Position numbers and translations under genes: made by a program
Notes under the pieces: model-generated
Databases searched by the model: none
What the model was told of the DNA's origin: nothing
The model's input: the letters and a program-made list of their open reading frames with translations, nothing else
Origin: Nitrospinaceae bacterium
GTDB taxonomy: Bacteria; Nitrospinota; Nitrospinia; Nitrospinales; Nitrospinaceae
Reading direction: 5' to 3'
NCBI GenBank assembly: GCA_965223665.1
Contig: OZ245011.1
Coordinates: 736,001-800,000 of the forward strand
Length of the DNA stretch: 64,000 nt
In this document: positions 39,303 through 48,852 of the stretch, one piece after another
Numbering within the stretch: the stretch's first letter is position 1
Layout of the letters: the number at the start of each line of letters is the position of its first letter

Positions 39303-40057
39303 ACCAACTGAGGTTAAAGAAATTATTATCTATGCTCCATCAACAAAAAATCACTCCCGAATCAGCTTACGAATCACTTCAAAATCTTCCTTTTGAAGAT
39401 ATTAATTTCGCCCACCTGGATCATCATAGATCTATTAGAAGTGGAATGCCGGAAGTTATTTATTGTGAAGGAAAAACCCCGGATCAACTAGTTTCCATTA
39501 TTAAAAGCTTTCATAAAACAAAAGAAAATATATTAGCAACCAGATTATCCGACCCAATTTATAAAACAATTAAAGGTCGTATTCCCAAAAAAGCTAAATA
39601 CGATTCTTTAGCTAAAACTTTGATAATTGAAAACAAGAAAATTACGAAAAAATTAGATGGAATTTTGATACTTACTGCTGGAACCTCAGATATTCCAGTG
39701 GCATTAGAAGCTTCTGTCACAGCCGAACTCTTAGGTAATAAAGTTGAAACGATATTTGATGTCGGAGTTGCAGGAATCCATAGGCTACTCGACAAACTGG
39801 ATTCCCTCAAAAAGGCAAAAGTTATAATTGTAGTTGCTGGTATGGATGGCGCTTTACTTAGCGTTGTGGGTGGATTAGTCGATAAACCAGTAATTGGAGT
39901 TCCAACAAGTATTGGTTACGGTGCGTCCTTTGAAGGATTGGCCCCATTATTAACAATGTTAAATAGCTGCTCCACTGGAGTAGGCATAGTTAATATAGAC
40001 AATGGATTTGGTGCCGCTTGTTTAGCGCACAAAATTAATTTATTGAGTGCTCCTTAA
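39299..40057 (+). CDS. larB: nickel-pincer cofactor biosynthesis protein LarB
   Basis: LDHHR..R.G.PEVIYCEGKT, AGTSDIPVA.EA, DVGVAGIHRL, PTSIGYGA, NIDNGFGAA. Confidence 0.95.
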   Translation: MNQLRLKKLLSMLHQQKITPESAYESLQNLPFEDINFAHLDHHRSIRSGMPEVIYCEGKTPDQLVSIIKSFHKTKENILATRLSDPIYKTIKGRIPKKAKYDSLAKTLIIENKKITKKLDGILILTAGTSDIPVALEASVTAELLGNKVETIFDVGVAGIHRLLDKLDSLKKAKVIIVVAGMDGALLSVVGGLVDKPVIGVPTSIGYGASFEGLAPLLTMLNSCSTGVGIVNIDNGFGAACLAHKINLLSAP

Positions 40058-41033
40058 AATATTTCACCACCCTTTTCATTCCTTCTTCATTAGAAACTAA
40101 GGGTTTATAGCTAAAGTCCTTTTTCGCTTTGTTTATATTAAAATAATGGGAATGAGCCAATTGACTTGCCAAAAATCGGGTCATTCTAGGTTCAGACTGT
40201 ATTCGAAAGATCCCATAAAACTTTTCTAATAGCCAACCCAGGTTATAGCCCAGTTTGAACGAAATCTTTTTTTGAACTGGAGGAAGGCCTAAATATTTTA
40301 ATAAAATTTTTATCCACTCCCACAAATTTACTGGCTTGCCGTCAGATATAAAATAACTCTCTCCAGCTATTTGGGATTTAGAATTTAAAGCATTAAACGC
40401 TTGAATATGTCCCTCAACTGCATTATCAATATAAATAATATCGACCAAATTCTTGCCCTCACCCACTTGGATAAGTTTGTTTTTTTTCGCCCGGTCAATA
40501 ATTCTAGGAATTAAATGCGGATCTTCGGGTCCCCAGATCAAATGAGGTCTTAAAGCAACCGTAACTAAATCGTTTTTTCCATTTGCATTTAATACCAACT
40601 GTTCTGCAATGGCTTTGGTTTTTGGATATTCACATAAAAATCTTTTTGCATAAGGAACCGTTTCATCTGCGTTAATCAAATCCTTTTGGTTAAAAACTAC
40701 GCTGGGCGAACTAGTATAAACCAATTTGCTGACCTTGTTTTGTAAACAAGCCTCTAAAATATTCTCCGTTCCTTTTACATTCGTTTCATAAAACTCATTG
40801 TTCGTTCCCCAAATTCCAGTCAAAGCACCTGAATGAAAAACAGCATCTATATTTTGGCAGGAATCCATTATTTCTTTTTTATTTCGTAAATCAGCTTGAA
40901 TACAATTTATATTTTCAGTAAAAAAAGGATATTTTTGACGACCCAAAATAGTTACTTCATGACCTAATTGATCTAATCGCATGGCGATATGTTTACCTAG
41001 AAAACCACCGCCACCAGTCACCAAAATTTTCAT
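40035..41033 (-). CDS. extended SDR, 3-beta-HSD/OleD-like NAD-dependent reductase
   Basis: TGGGGFLG, YTSSPSV, YPKTK, RPHLIWGPED. Confidence 0.88.
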   Translation of the reverse strand: MKILVTGGGGFLGKHIAMRLDQLGHEVTILGRQKYPFFTENINCIQADLRNKKEIMDSCQNIDAVFHSGALTGIWGTNNEFYETNVKGTENILEACLQNKVSKLVYTSSPSVVFNQKDLINADETVPYAKRFLCEYPKTKAIAEQLVLNANGKNDLVTVALRPHLIWGPEDPHLIPRIIDRAKKNKLIQVGEGKNLVDIIYIDNAVEGHIQAFNALNSKSQIAGESYFISDGKPVNLWEWIKILLKYLGLPPVQKKISFKLGYNLGWLLEKFYGIFRIQSEPRMTRFLASQLAHSHYFNINKAKKDFSYKPLVSNEEGMKRVVKYFKEHSIN

Positions 41034-41042
41034 ATTGAATTT

Positions 41043-42050
41043 TTAAAGAGGTAAATTGGCTAGAGCATCCAAATCTAATAAGCAATTGGCTGAATTTCCA
41101 TGAGTTTTATATAGATGGTATCCAGTACATGCAATCATTGCAGCATTATCAGTGCAGTGAATGGGTTTAGGAAAATAGCATTTAATATTTCTTTTCTCGG
41201 AAACAGATTTTAACCTTTTTCTCAAATAACCATTAGCAGCTACGCCTCCTGTTAAAACTATTCTATTTAATCCTTCCAATTCACACGCATCCATAGCTTT
41301 TGATATTAAAACATCCACTATTGCTTCTTGAAAGCTAGCAGAAATATTATTAATATCTATTGATTTAATATCTTTATTTGATTTTTCAATTAATCTTCTT
41401 ACAGAAGATTTTAATCCGCTAAAGCTAAAGTCTAAAGTACCGTTCCCTAATAATGCTCTTGGAAAATTGTAGGCAGATGGATTTCCTTGATAAGCCATTT
41501 TTTCTATTATTGGGCCACCAGGATAACCAAGTCCTAACATTTTAGCGACTTTATCAAATGACTCACCCGCCGCATCATCTCTTGTCCTCCCTAAAATTGT
41601 GTATTTTCCAAAATTTTCAACGCGACAAAGGTCTGTATGACCTCCAGAAACTATTAACGCTAAATATGGGAAAGGGACTTCCTGCTCCAAAAATATAGCG
41701 CAAATATGACCTTCCAAGTGGTTAATTGCCATAAGTGGAATTTTAGAAGCATATGCCAATGCTTTAGCAGTATTTAGTCCTACAAGTAAAGACCCAACTA
41801 ATCCCGGGCCCTGCGTAACAGAAATCAAATCAATTTCTGAAAACGATACCTTTGCTTTATTTAAGGCTTCTTCAATAATTCCATTTATTCTTTCAATATG
41901 AGACCTTCCAGCAAGTTCTGGAACTATTCCACCATAAAGAGAATGAATTTCGTTTTGTGATGCAATTACGTTTGAACGTAATTCCTTTCCATTTTCTAGA
42001 ATAGCAGCAGCGGTTTCATCACAGGAGGTTTCAATTCCTAAAACAATCAT
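41043..42050 (-). CDS. tsaD: tRNA N6-adenosine threonylcarbamoyltransferase
   Basis: LGIETSCDET, HLEGH, VSGGHT, DDAAGESFDK, DNAAMI. Confidence 0.98.
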   Translation of the reverse strand: MIVLGIETSCDETAAAILENGKELRSNVIASQNEIHSLYGGIVPELAGRSHIERINGIIEEALNKAKVSFSEIDLISVTQGPGLVGSLLVGLNTAKALAYASKIPLMAINHLEGHICAIFLEQEVPFPYLALIVSGGHTDLCRVENFGKYTILGRTRDDAAGESFDKVAKMLGLGYPGGPIIEKMAYQGNPSAYNFPRALLGNGTLDFSFSGLKSSVRRLIEKSNKDIKSIDINNISASFQEAIVDVLISKAMDACELEGLNRIVLTGGVAANGYLRKRLKSVSEKRNIKCYFPKPIHCTDNAAMIACTGYHLYKTHGNSANCLLDLDALANLPL

Positions 42051-42062
42051 TATTCAATATCC

Positions 42063-42096
42063 AAAAAAAATGCCGAAGGGGAAATCCTTCGGCATT
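42063..42096 (-). terminator. intrinsic terminator after ctpA
   Basis: aatgccgaagg...ccttcggcatt stem with adjacent A8 (T-run on the minus strand). Confidence 0.85.
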
Positions 42097-42124
42097 ATAA
42101 TATCAAAAATTAATTTAAAAGTTT

Positions 42125-43588
42125 TTATTTTGCAGCCATACTCTTAAAATTTGTTTTAGTGAAAATACGACTCATAATTGACCAACCACGAAGTAAAGAA
42201 ATAGCTTCTTTTAGTTGAGGATCCTTTGAAAGTTCAGCTTCTAATAGTGCCATTTCCTTTGTGATAGTCTCCTTTTCATTAACTTCGCTTATTTCATCTG
42301 AGGTTTCATCATCCTCTTCAATACTTTTCTTTCCTTTCAAATGTTTTTTAAGATCTCTTTCTCTTAGGAACCTTCTAATTTTTTCTTTTTCTTTACTTGC
42401 TTTTTCCTCTTTAATTTCTTTTTCACTTTTTTCCTTAGCCGACCTAGCCGAAGTTTCAACTATAATATCTGGAACAATTCCATTTTCCTGAATAACCCTT
42501 CCACTTGGAGTATAATATCTCGCTGTTGTTAACCGCAAAGCAGATCCATCACTTAAAGGAATTATAGTTTGTACTGATCCTTTTCCAAATGTTTGGGTGC
42601 CTAAAATTATGGCCCTTCCCAAATCTTGCAATGCTCCAGCAACAATTTCTGATGCACTGGCACTCCCTCCATTGACCAGAATAATCATGGGATAGGAAGA
42701 ATCATTTTTCAATTCATGGGTAGAAAATCTACGCAAATTCTGGTCCTCAGTACGACCCTTTGTATATACAATAAGATTTTCCTCATCTAAAAATCGGTCG
42801 GTAACCTCGACAGCCTGATTTAATAGACCACCAGGATTATTTCTTAAATCTAAAACTAGTTTTTGTATTCGATTATTTTTAAATTTTTTTAAGGCCTTAT
42901 CTAAATCGCTACTAGTCGTCTTAGTGAAATTTCTGATTTTTACATAACCGATGTTTCCCTGATACATTTTGTTTTTTACACTTTTAACCTTGATTTCGTC
43001 CCTGACAATGGTGATTTCTTTGGGTTCTTTTAATCCTTCACGCAAAATTGTAATCTTTACTGGTGTGCCCTTTTTACCCCTCAAAATACTTACGGCATCT
43101 GAAAGGGACATATCTAATGTTGACTCGTCTTCAATTTTAACAATTTTATCACCAGGCTTTACTCCGGCTTTAAAAGCAGGGGTATCCTCAATTGGAGAGA
43201 CAATTGTTAAAATCCCATCTCGCATAGTAATTTCAATTCCTAATCCACCAAATTTTCCAGCTGTTTCAACTTGCATTTGTTTGTATGCATCAGGAGGCAT
43301 ATAAGAGGTATGAGGATCTAGGGTTCTTAACATCCCATTAATCGCTCCATCTATAATTTCTTTTGAGTTTATTTCTTCCACATAAGTTGCTTCCAAAATG
43401 GAAAGAATTTCTGAAAAAACTTTTAATTTATCATATGTATTAGTTGAAACTTCTGCTTCACCATTAGCCTCTTTAGCGTTAGTTAAAGAAGAAAATACAA
43501 AAATAATTAAAAAGGCCATACAACCAAAAGCAGAAATCCACTTTTTGAGGCACAACCGAGGATGGGTTCTTAGACTGTATGATTTCAA
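42125..43588 (-). CDS. ctpA: S41 carboxyl-terminal processing protease
   Basis: LDPHTSY, PDZ GGLGIEI, DLRNNPGGLL, SASASEIVAGALQD, TFGKGSVQ. Confidence 0.95.
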   Translation of the reverse strand: MKSYSLRTHPRLCLKKWISAFGCMAFLIIFVFSSLTNAKEANGEAEVSTNTYDKLKVFSEILSILEATYVEEINSKEIIDGAINGMLRTLDPHTSYMPPDAYKQMQVETAGKFGGLGIEITMRDGILTIVSPIEDTPAFKAGVKPGDKIVKIEDESTLDMSLSDAVSILRGKKGTPVKITILREGLKEPKEITIVRDEIKVKSVKNKMYQGNIGYVKIRNFTKTTSSDLDKALKKFKNNRIQKLVLDLRNNPGGLLNQAVEVTDRFLDEENLIVYTKGRTEDQNLRRFSTHELKNDSSYPMIILVNGGSASASEIVAGALQDLGRAIILGTQTFGKGSVQTIIPLSDGSALRLTTARYYTPSGRVIQENGIVPDIIVETSARSAKEKSEKEIKEEKASKEKEKIRRFLRERDLKKHLKGKKSIEEDDETSDEISEVNEKETITKEMALLEAELSKDPQLKEAISLLRGWSIMSRIFTKTNFKSMAAK

Positions 43589-43666
43589 GGTAGGTTCTCC
43601 AAGAAAATAATAATTGATGGGTATACTTTAATTATAGCTTAATTTACTTATATTTATAGCGTCAAT

Positions 43667-44851
43667 TCATTTTTTTGCCAAGCGAAACCAGGGTTTAGGA
43701 TCTATGGGCTTACCTTTGTGGCGAAGTTCAAAATATAAAACCTCACCTTTAAGGGATCCGGAATCTCCAGAAATTCCAACTGGCACACCCTCTTCCACCA
43801 ATTCTCCTGTTTCTACAAGAAATTTATCCAAATGACCATATAAAGAATGATAGTTGTTTCCATGACCTAAAATGATGAGATTTCCATATCCTTCTAAAAA
43901 ACCTCGATAAAGGACCTTTCCATGAAAAATTGAGCGCACCTCTTTACCCTTATCGACTTTTAAATTAATTCCATTATTAACAATGTAAGAATTGTATTTT
44001 TTATCTTTTCTTTTACCGAACCGGTTCAAAATTTTTCCCTCAACCGGGAATCTTAAGCGTCCCTTGACATCTGTCAGGCTAAGTCCTTCTCCTAAAACAA
44101 GTTTCTCACGTAGCTTTTTTATTATTTCATTTAATTTTTTGGAAGCTTTTAGCAATTCCCTTCTTGTTTGAATAATATAATTTTTTTTGTTCTTTATTTT
44201 TTTTAAGAATAAATATTTGGCTTTCTTTTCTTTTTCCGCTTCTTTTTTCTTAATTCGAGCAAATCCTTCTAACTTGATCAATTTTTCACGACTTTCAATT
44301 AAGGTATCTTTTTCAATTTTGAGTTTTTTTATTTTCGAAGAATAGCTTTGAAAAATTTCTGAATCATATGACATAATTGACTCAGTAAACTTTATCCTCT
44401 GAAGCATATCGCTAAAACTATCCGAAGAAAAAAGTATCTTTACTAATAACACATCTCCTTCTTTGTAAATGGTCCTCAACCGATGACCAATAATTTGTTT
44501 CAAATCTTTAAGATCATTTTCTAATTTTCCAATGCTCAACGTAAGCCGGGAAGTTTTTTTATTATTGAGTTCAATATTCCAATTATAAATTTGAAGTTCT
44601 CTTTCTTTCAATTTAAGACGGTCGTCAAGATTTTCTAATATCTTTAAAATATTTCCCTCTTTCTTTCCCATGGAATCAATTTTTTTATTTTCCTTTTCAA
44701 TTTTCTTTTTTAATTTTTCAAGTTCCGTTTTTTCCTCACTTATGTAAATTTCAAAATCTTTGTTCTTAGTATCACCTTTATCAGCAAAAGAAAAAGAAAT
44801 AGGAAATAATAAATAAAAAAGGATTAGTAGATTAAATAAAAAAGATTTCAT
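43667..44851 (-). CDS. envC: murein hydrolase activator EnvC family (coiled coil + degenerate M23)
   Basis: long coiled coil, GYGNLIILGHG, LYFELR; follows ftsX. Confidence 0.88.
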   Translation of the reverse strand: MKSFLFNLLILFYLLFPISFSFADKGDTKNKDFEIYISEEKTELEKLKKKIEKENKKIDSMGKKEGNILKILENLDDRLKLKERELQIYNWNIELNNKKTSRLTLSIGKLENDLKDLKQIIGHRLRTIYKEGDVLLVKILFSSDSFSDMLQRIKFTESIMSYDSEIFQSYSSKIKKLKIEKDTLIESREKLIKLEGFARIKKKEAEKEKKAKYLFLKKIKNKKNYIIQTRRELLKASKKLNEIIKKLREKLVLGEGLSLTDVKGRLRFPVEGKILNRFGKRKDKKYNSYIVNNGINLKVDKGKEVRSIFHGKVLYRGFLEGYGNLIILGHGNNYHSLYGHLDKFLVETGELVEEGVPVGISGDSGSLKGEVLYFELRHKGKPIDPKPWFRLAKK

Positions 44852-45744
44852 TTTTTATAGTAAGAATTTAAAAATTGATTAACCGAGACAAAACTTCCCA
44901 ACCAACCCAAAAAAATGCTTAACGTAACCAATAAAATCAAATAGGGACCAGAAAGAAATTTAAATTCAATACCGCGGGCTAAATAGCTCAAAGAACCCTG
45001 AAATTGTTCCTTTAAAAAAAATTGAATAACTTTTACAAAAATTAATGAAAACCCCGCTCCCAATATTCCATGAATGATGCCCTCGAAGAAAAAGGGTGCC
45101 TTTATAAAACCGGGCTTGGCACCTATTAATAACATTAATTCGATTTCATCTCTTCGGGAAAACACAGACAGCTTAATTGTATTGGAAATTATCAACATTG
45201 CGCCCAATGCCAATAAGGCTCCAATTGCCATCAAAAAAATCCTAAGTAAAATCATAAAGGTTTCAAAACGTCCAATCCATTTTTCTCCATAATCCACAGA
45301 TTCAACACCCCTTTGATTTCGTATGTTTCCTGCCAGTTCTCGGAGTTTCTTTAGAGGATCTTTTATAGGTTTTAATTTTAAAATGTAGGATGCAGGGAGG
45401 GGATTAAAATCTAATTCATTTAAAAAATCAGATTTTTGGGCAAACATTTCTTTAAACTTCTTCCATGCCTCATTCTCGCTTACAAATTTTGTTCTTTCAA
45501 CATCGTTCAGTTTCTTAAAATAGGTTTCTAGATTTTTCCTGTCTTGATCACTTATACCATCCTCTATATAAACTAAAAGCCGAATCTCTTCATTCCAGGT
45601 CACCAATAATGAATTTAAGTTGTAGTAAATGAATAAAAAGACACTAAGAATGGATAAAGCAATAGAAATAGAACCAATCGAGGCAAAGTAAATTTGTTTA
45701 CTTGATTTGATATTTAAAAACGCGGAGCGAATTGCTCGGATCAT
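44848..45744 (-). CDS. ftsX: cell division permease FtsX
   Basis: NPLPASY, ISNTIKLSVFSRRDEIELM.LIGA..FIKAPF..EG. Confidence 0.93.
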   Translation of the reverse strand: MIRAIRSAFLNIKSSKQIYFASIGSISIALSILSVFLFIYYNLNSLLVTWNEEIRLLVYIEDGISDQDRKNLETYFKKLNDVERTKFVSENEAWKKFKEMFAQKSDFLNELDFNPLPASYILKLKPIKDPLKKLRELAGNIRNQRGVESVDYGEKWIGRFETFMILLRIFLMAIGALLALGAMLIISNTIKLSVFSRRDEIELMLLIGAKPGFIKAPFFFEGIIHGILGAGFSLIFVKVIQFFLKEQFQGSLSYLARGIEFKFLSGPYLILLVTLSIFLGWLGSFVSVNQFLNSYYKK

Positions 45745-45746
45745 TC

Positions 45747-46415
45747 TTATACTGGAATTTGATTATTTACAATTTTCCCCCGGTTTAAAGTCACAATGGG
45801 GTGTTTATTATTTCGTAATATTTCTTGACTATGGGTGGCAAAAATTACCGTCATTCCTCTTTGATTTGCTTTTTCAAAAAGCTCTAATATTTCTAGTCCC
45901 ATCTCTGTATCTAAATTACCTGTAGGTTCGTCAGCAAGTAAAATTTGAGGAGAATTCACTAAAGCACGGGCTATGGCAACACGCTGTTGCTCTCCACCAG
46001 ATAATTGAAGTGGGTAATCATCCTTTTTTTTTGTTAATCCAACATTTTTTAAAGCTTCCCAAGTATTGTAATGGATTGCTTTTGGGTCAGCCTCAATTAT
46101 TTCCTGAGCTAAAGCTACATTTTCATAAACTGTTTTGTGTGATAAAAGTTTATAATCTTGGAAAACCACCCCCATGTTTCTTCTTAATTTATATAAATGC
46201 TTTAACTTAAGACGACCAATATTTATACCGTTTACTAATACTTGGCCTTTATCATAATTTTCCCAACGAAATAAAATTTTTATTAATGTTGTTTTTCCCG
46301 CACCACTGGGTCCTGTAACAAAAACAAAATCGCCTTTATTAATTCTCAAGGAAACGTCAACCAGGGCAGGATGTAGGTTATTATAAATTTTACAAACGTT
46401 AAATAATTGTATCAT
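45747..46415 (-). CDS. ftsE: cell division ATP-binding protein FtsE
   Basis: GPSGAGKT, VVFQDYKLL, LSGGEQQRVAIARA, ADEPTGNLD. Confidence 0.95.
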   Translation of the reverse strand: MIQLFNVCKIYNNLHPALVDVSLRINKGDFVFVTGPSGAGKTTLIKILFRWENYDKGQVLVNGINIGRLKLKHLYKLRRNMGVVFQDYKLLSHKTVYENVALAQEIIEADPKAIHYNTWEALKNVGLTKKKDDYPLQLSGGEQQRVAIARALVNSPQILLADEPTGNLDTEMGLEILELFEKANQRGMTVIFATHSQEILRNNKHPIVTLNRGKIVNNQIPV

Positions 46416-46568
46416 CCGTAAGGGATATGGGTTGGATCAAAAATTAGAGTTTGAATAGAATGAATTGAATTTAAAGAAACTTTTTAAAATTTAGGTTGGT
46501 CATTTTTCCTTCCCAATTGGGGTTCCTTGAAAAATATAACAACAAATAAAAATTTAAGTTTGTGCGTT

Positions 46569-47201
46569 TTAATTTTGAGGTGAACTTGGCAGTTCATCCG
46601 TTAAAATGATATCGCTTTCAATTGAATCCTCAGTGATCATGTCTTCAGTCAACATGGAAATAACATTATTTCTATAAAATTTTCGAATTTGCTCTTCTGA
46701 TAAAAGTTCAAAGTTTAAAAATGTTTTAACAATCAATCTATGGTCTTCAATATCAAAAGCAAAAACTCCAGCGGATCCAATTAGATATCCTTCATGCTGT
46801 CCAAAGGTTAAAATAGCTTCTTCAAGAATAGCATCAAGCAATATGATGCAATTATCATCCGTTTGAGTGCGCTCGCTAAACCTGTCAATACAATGAGTGG
46901 TATAAGCCACCTGAGGAAAAATAAAAGATTTAAATAAACGACCCTTATCCGTAGACTCTGTTTTTGATGGTGAAATTAAAGTTTCAAACCCCTGTTTTGT
47001 AAAATCCACCAAACATAAAACATCTTTTCCAAATCGTTTGCTCACTTTTTGGGTCACCTTATCCATAAACCTTTGACGTTTACGGATAGAAATTCTGCCC
47101 CCTCGACCAAAATAGCGATTATATTCTTTCTTCAAGAATTGTTTAATTTGAGCTTGTTTAAATGCAAATTCTCGATCATTTGCCATAAAAATCAAATCCA
47201 A
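46569..47201 (-). CDS. hypothetical protein
   Basis: 210 aa ORF; TTHCIDRFSER motif; likely start at MANDR. Confidence 0.75.
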   Translation of the reverse strand: MDLIFMANDREFAFKQAQIKQFLKKEYNRYFGRGGRISIRKRQRFMDKVTQKVSKRFGKDVLCLVDFTKQGFETLISPSKTESTDKGRLFKSFIFPQVAYTTHCIDRFSERTQTDDNCIILLDAILEEAILTFGQHEGYLIGSAGVFAFDIEDHRLIVKTFLNFELLSEEQIRKFYRNNVISMLTEDMITEDSIESDIILTDELPSSPQN

Positions 47202-47378
47202 CGTCTAAAATTTCAGTTTTTTCTTTTCAAAGGTAATTATACTCCATCACGAATCAGGGAAAAAGGAATTAATTTCAGGCTTTTATAATTATCTTTTTGT
47301 TTTATTTAAGGTTATTTAAATTTAAGTAATATTAATATTTTTTCTACTTGCAGTTTTTGATTTTGATAAAATGAAGTT

Positions 47379-48086
47379 ATGAATAACATGTTGAAATTGT
47401 TCATCATACTTTTAACGGCTACATTTTTATTAAATTTTGCCATGAATTATATGGCAAATAACATTTCTGACTTTGAAAACTTACCCCTACCCCCCAAAAA
47501 AATCCAAAGATTTGATTCTCCCTACCCTGTTTTGAAGGTTAATGCTCAATCAAAAGATTCTTGGGTTTTAGTGGACTTTTCATCTGGAGAATTTCATAAA
47601 ATAGAGGACCCAGAGAATAACAAACAACAATTGACTAAGTTTGATTGGGATTTAGGTTTTCAAAGAACGAAAATTATTTCGAATGGTGGAGAAACTAACC
47701 CCCAAGGAACTGTTGGGGTCATTAATCTAGGTCAACAAGATTTTGAGACAATTGAAAATGTTCCAGAAACCTCATTTACCTTTGATAAAAGGTCTTGGGG
47801 AAGTATAAATAATTCATCTCTTACAGATTGGTATGTTTACAGGACTAGAACTCATAATGTAGAATCTAAAAAGAATTTATATATCTTAAAAACATCGGAT
47901 GGCTACATCAAAATGAAAATAATAAATTACTATTGCAGCCGACCAGAAAGTGATTGCCAAACCATGATGTGCACAAGAGACGAGGCAGCTTGTCTTACAA
48001 TTCAGTATAGTCACATTTCTACAAAAAAAGATAAATTTCCAATTTTATCTAAGAATTTAACCCCCACACCTAACATTTCTAATTGA
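47379..48086 (+). CDS. HmuY family protein
   Basis: WVLVDFSSG, WDLGFQRTKI..NGG, WYVY, YILKT.DG.YIKMKIINYY. Confidence 0.8.
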   Translation: MNNMLKLFIILLTATFLLNFAMNYMANNISDFENLPLPPKKIQRFDSPYPVLKVNAQSKDSWVLVDFSSGEFHKIEDPENNKQQLTKFDWDLGFQRTKIISNGGETNPQGTVGVINLGQQDFETIENVPETSFTFDKRSWGSINNSSLTDWYVYRTRTHNVESKKNLYILKTSDGYIKMKIINYYCSRPESDCQTMMCTRDEAACLTIQYSHISTKKDKFPILSKNLTPTPNISN

Positions 48087-48835
48087 ATAAAATAATTATT
48101 TCTTTTGTCCTCTTTCTTTTGATTTGCGCTTGTGAGCCTCCGAAAGAGGAAATGCGTTTAATTCCTGCCGGAAAATTTAAGTTTGGTATTAATCCTCAAA
48201 ACTCAATCTCTTCTTTTATGTCTGACACAACCTCAAGTCAAAATGCTCAGCCATTACAAGAAATCATGTTACCTGACTTTTTTTTAGATATTTACGAAGT
48301 TACCTATGGAGATTTTTTAAAGTTCAAACCAAATTTAAAGTACTCTGATAAAAAACTCAAAAACCCTATAAGAGGAATATCTTGGTATGAAGCCGAAGCC
48401 TATTGCTTGTGGTTAGGTAAAAGACTGCCAACCGAATTAGAGTGGGAAAAGGCAGCTAGAGGAAATGATGGACGTAGATTTGTTTGGGGAAATGATTTTG
48501 AAAAGGGAAATGCCAATTTTGGAAAAACTGTGAAGCCCGGTGGCGGGTGGCAAGAAGATAAAAGCTTTTACCAGATTTATGATTTGAACGGTAACGTTTC
48601 AGAGTGGACTTCAAGTTGGTACCTTCCCTATCCCAACTCACCTCACCAGGATAAAAATTACGGTGAAAAATATAAGGTAATCCGCGGCGGAGCCATAAAT
48701 AAAACTGAACATGGGTTCCTTGAGGAGTTTAATTCACTTTATTATCGAAACTTTGCTCCTCCCTCACTACGGTCCTGGGACACAGGTTTCCGTTGCGCCA
48801 AATCCTCCATTTCCACAGCTACAAAAAATTTGTAA
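48083..48835 (+). CDS. FGE-sulfatase domain lipoprotein
   Basis: lipobox-like LICAC, RLPTELEWEKAARG, YDLNGNVSEW, GFRCAK. Confidence 0.9.
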   Translation: MNKIIISFVLFLLICACEPPKEEMRLIPAGKFKFGINPQNSISSFMSDTTSSQNAQPLQEIMLPDFFLDIYEVTYGDFLKFKPNLKYSDKKLKNPIRGISWYEAEAYCLWLGKRLPTELEWEKAARGNDGRRFVWGNDFEKGNANFGKTVKPGGGWQEDKSFYQIYDLNGNVSEWTSSWYLPYPNSPHQDKNYGEKYKVIRGGAINKTEHGFLEEFNSLYYRNFAPPSLRSWDTGFRCAKSSISTATKNL

Positions 48836-48852
48836 ACTTTCTATTTAGTTTA

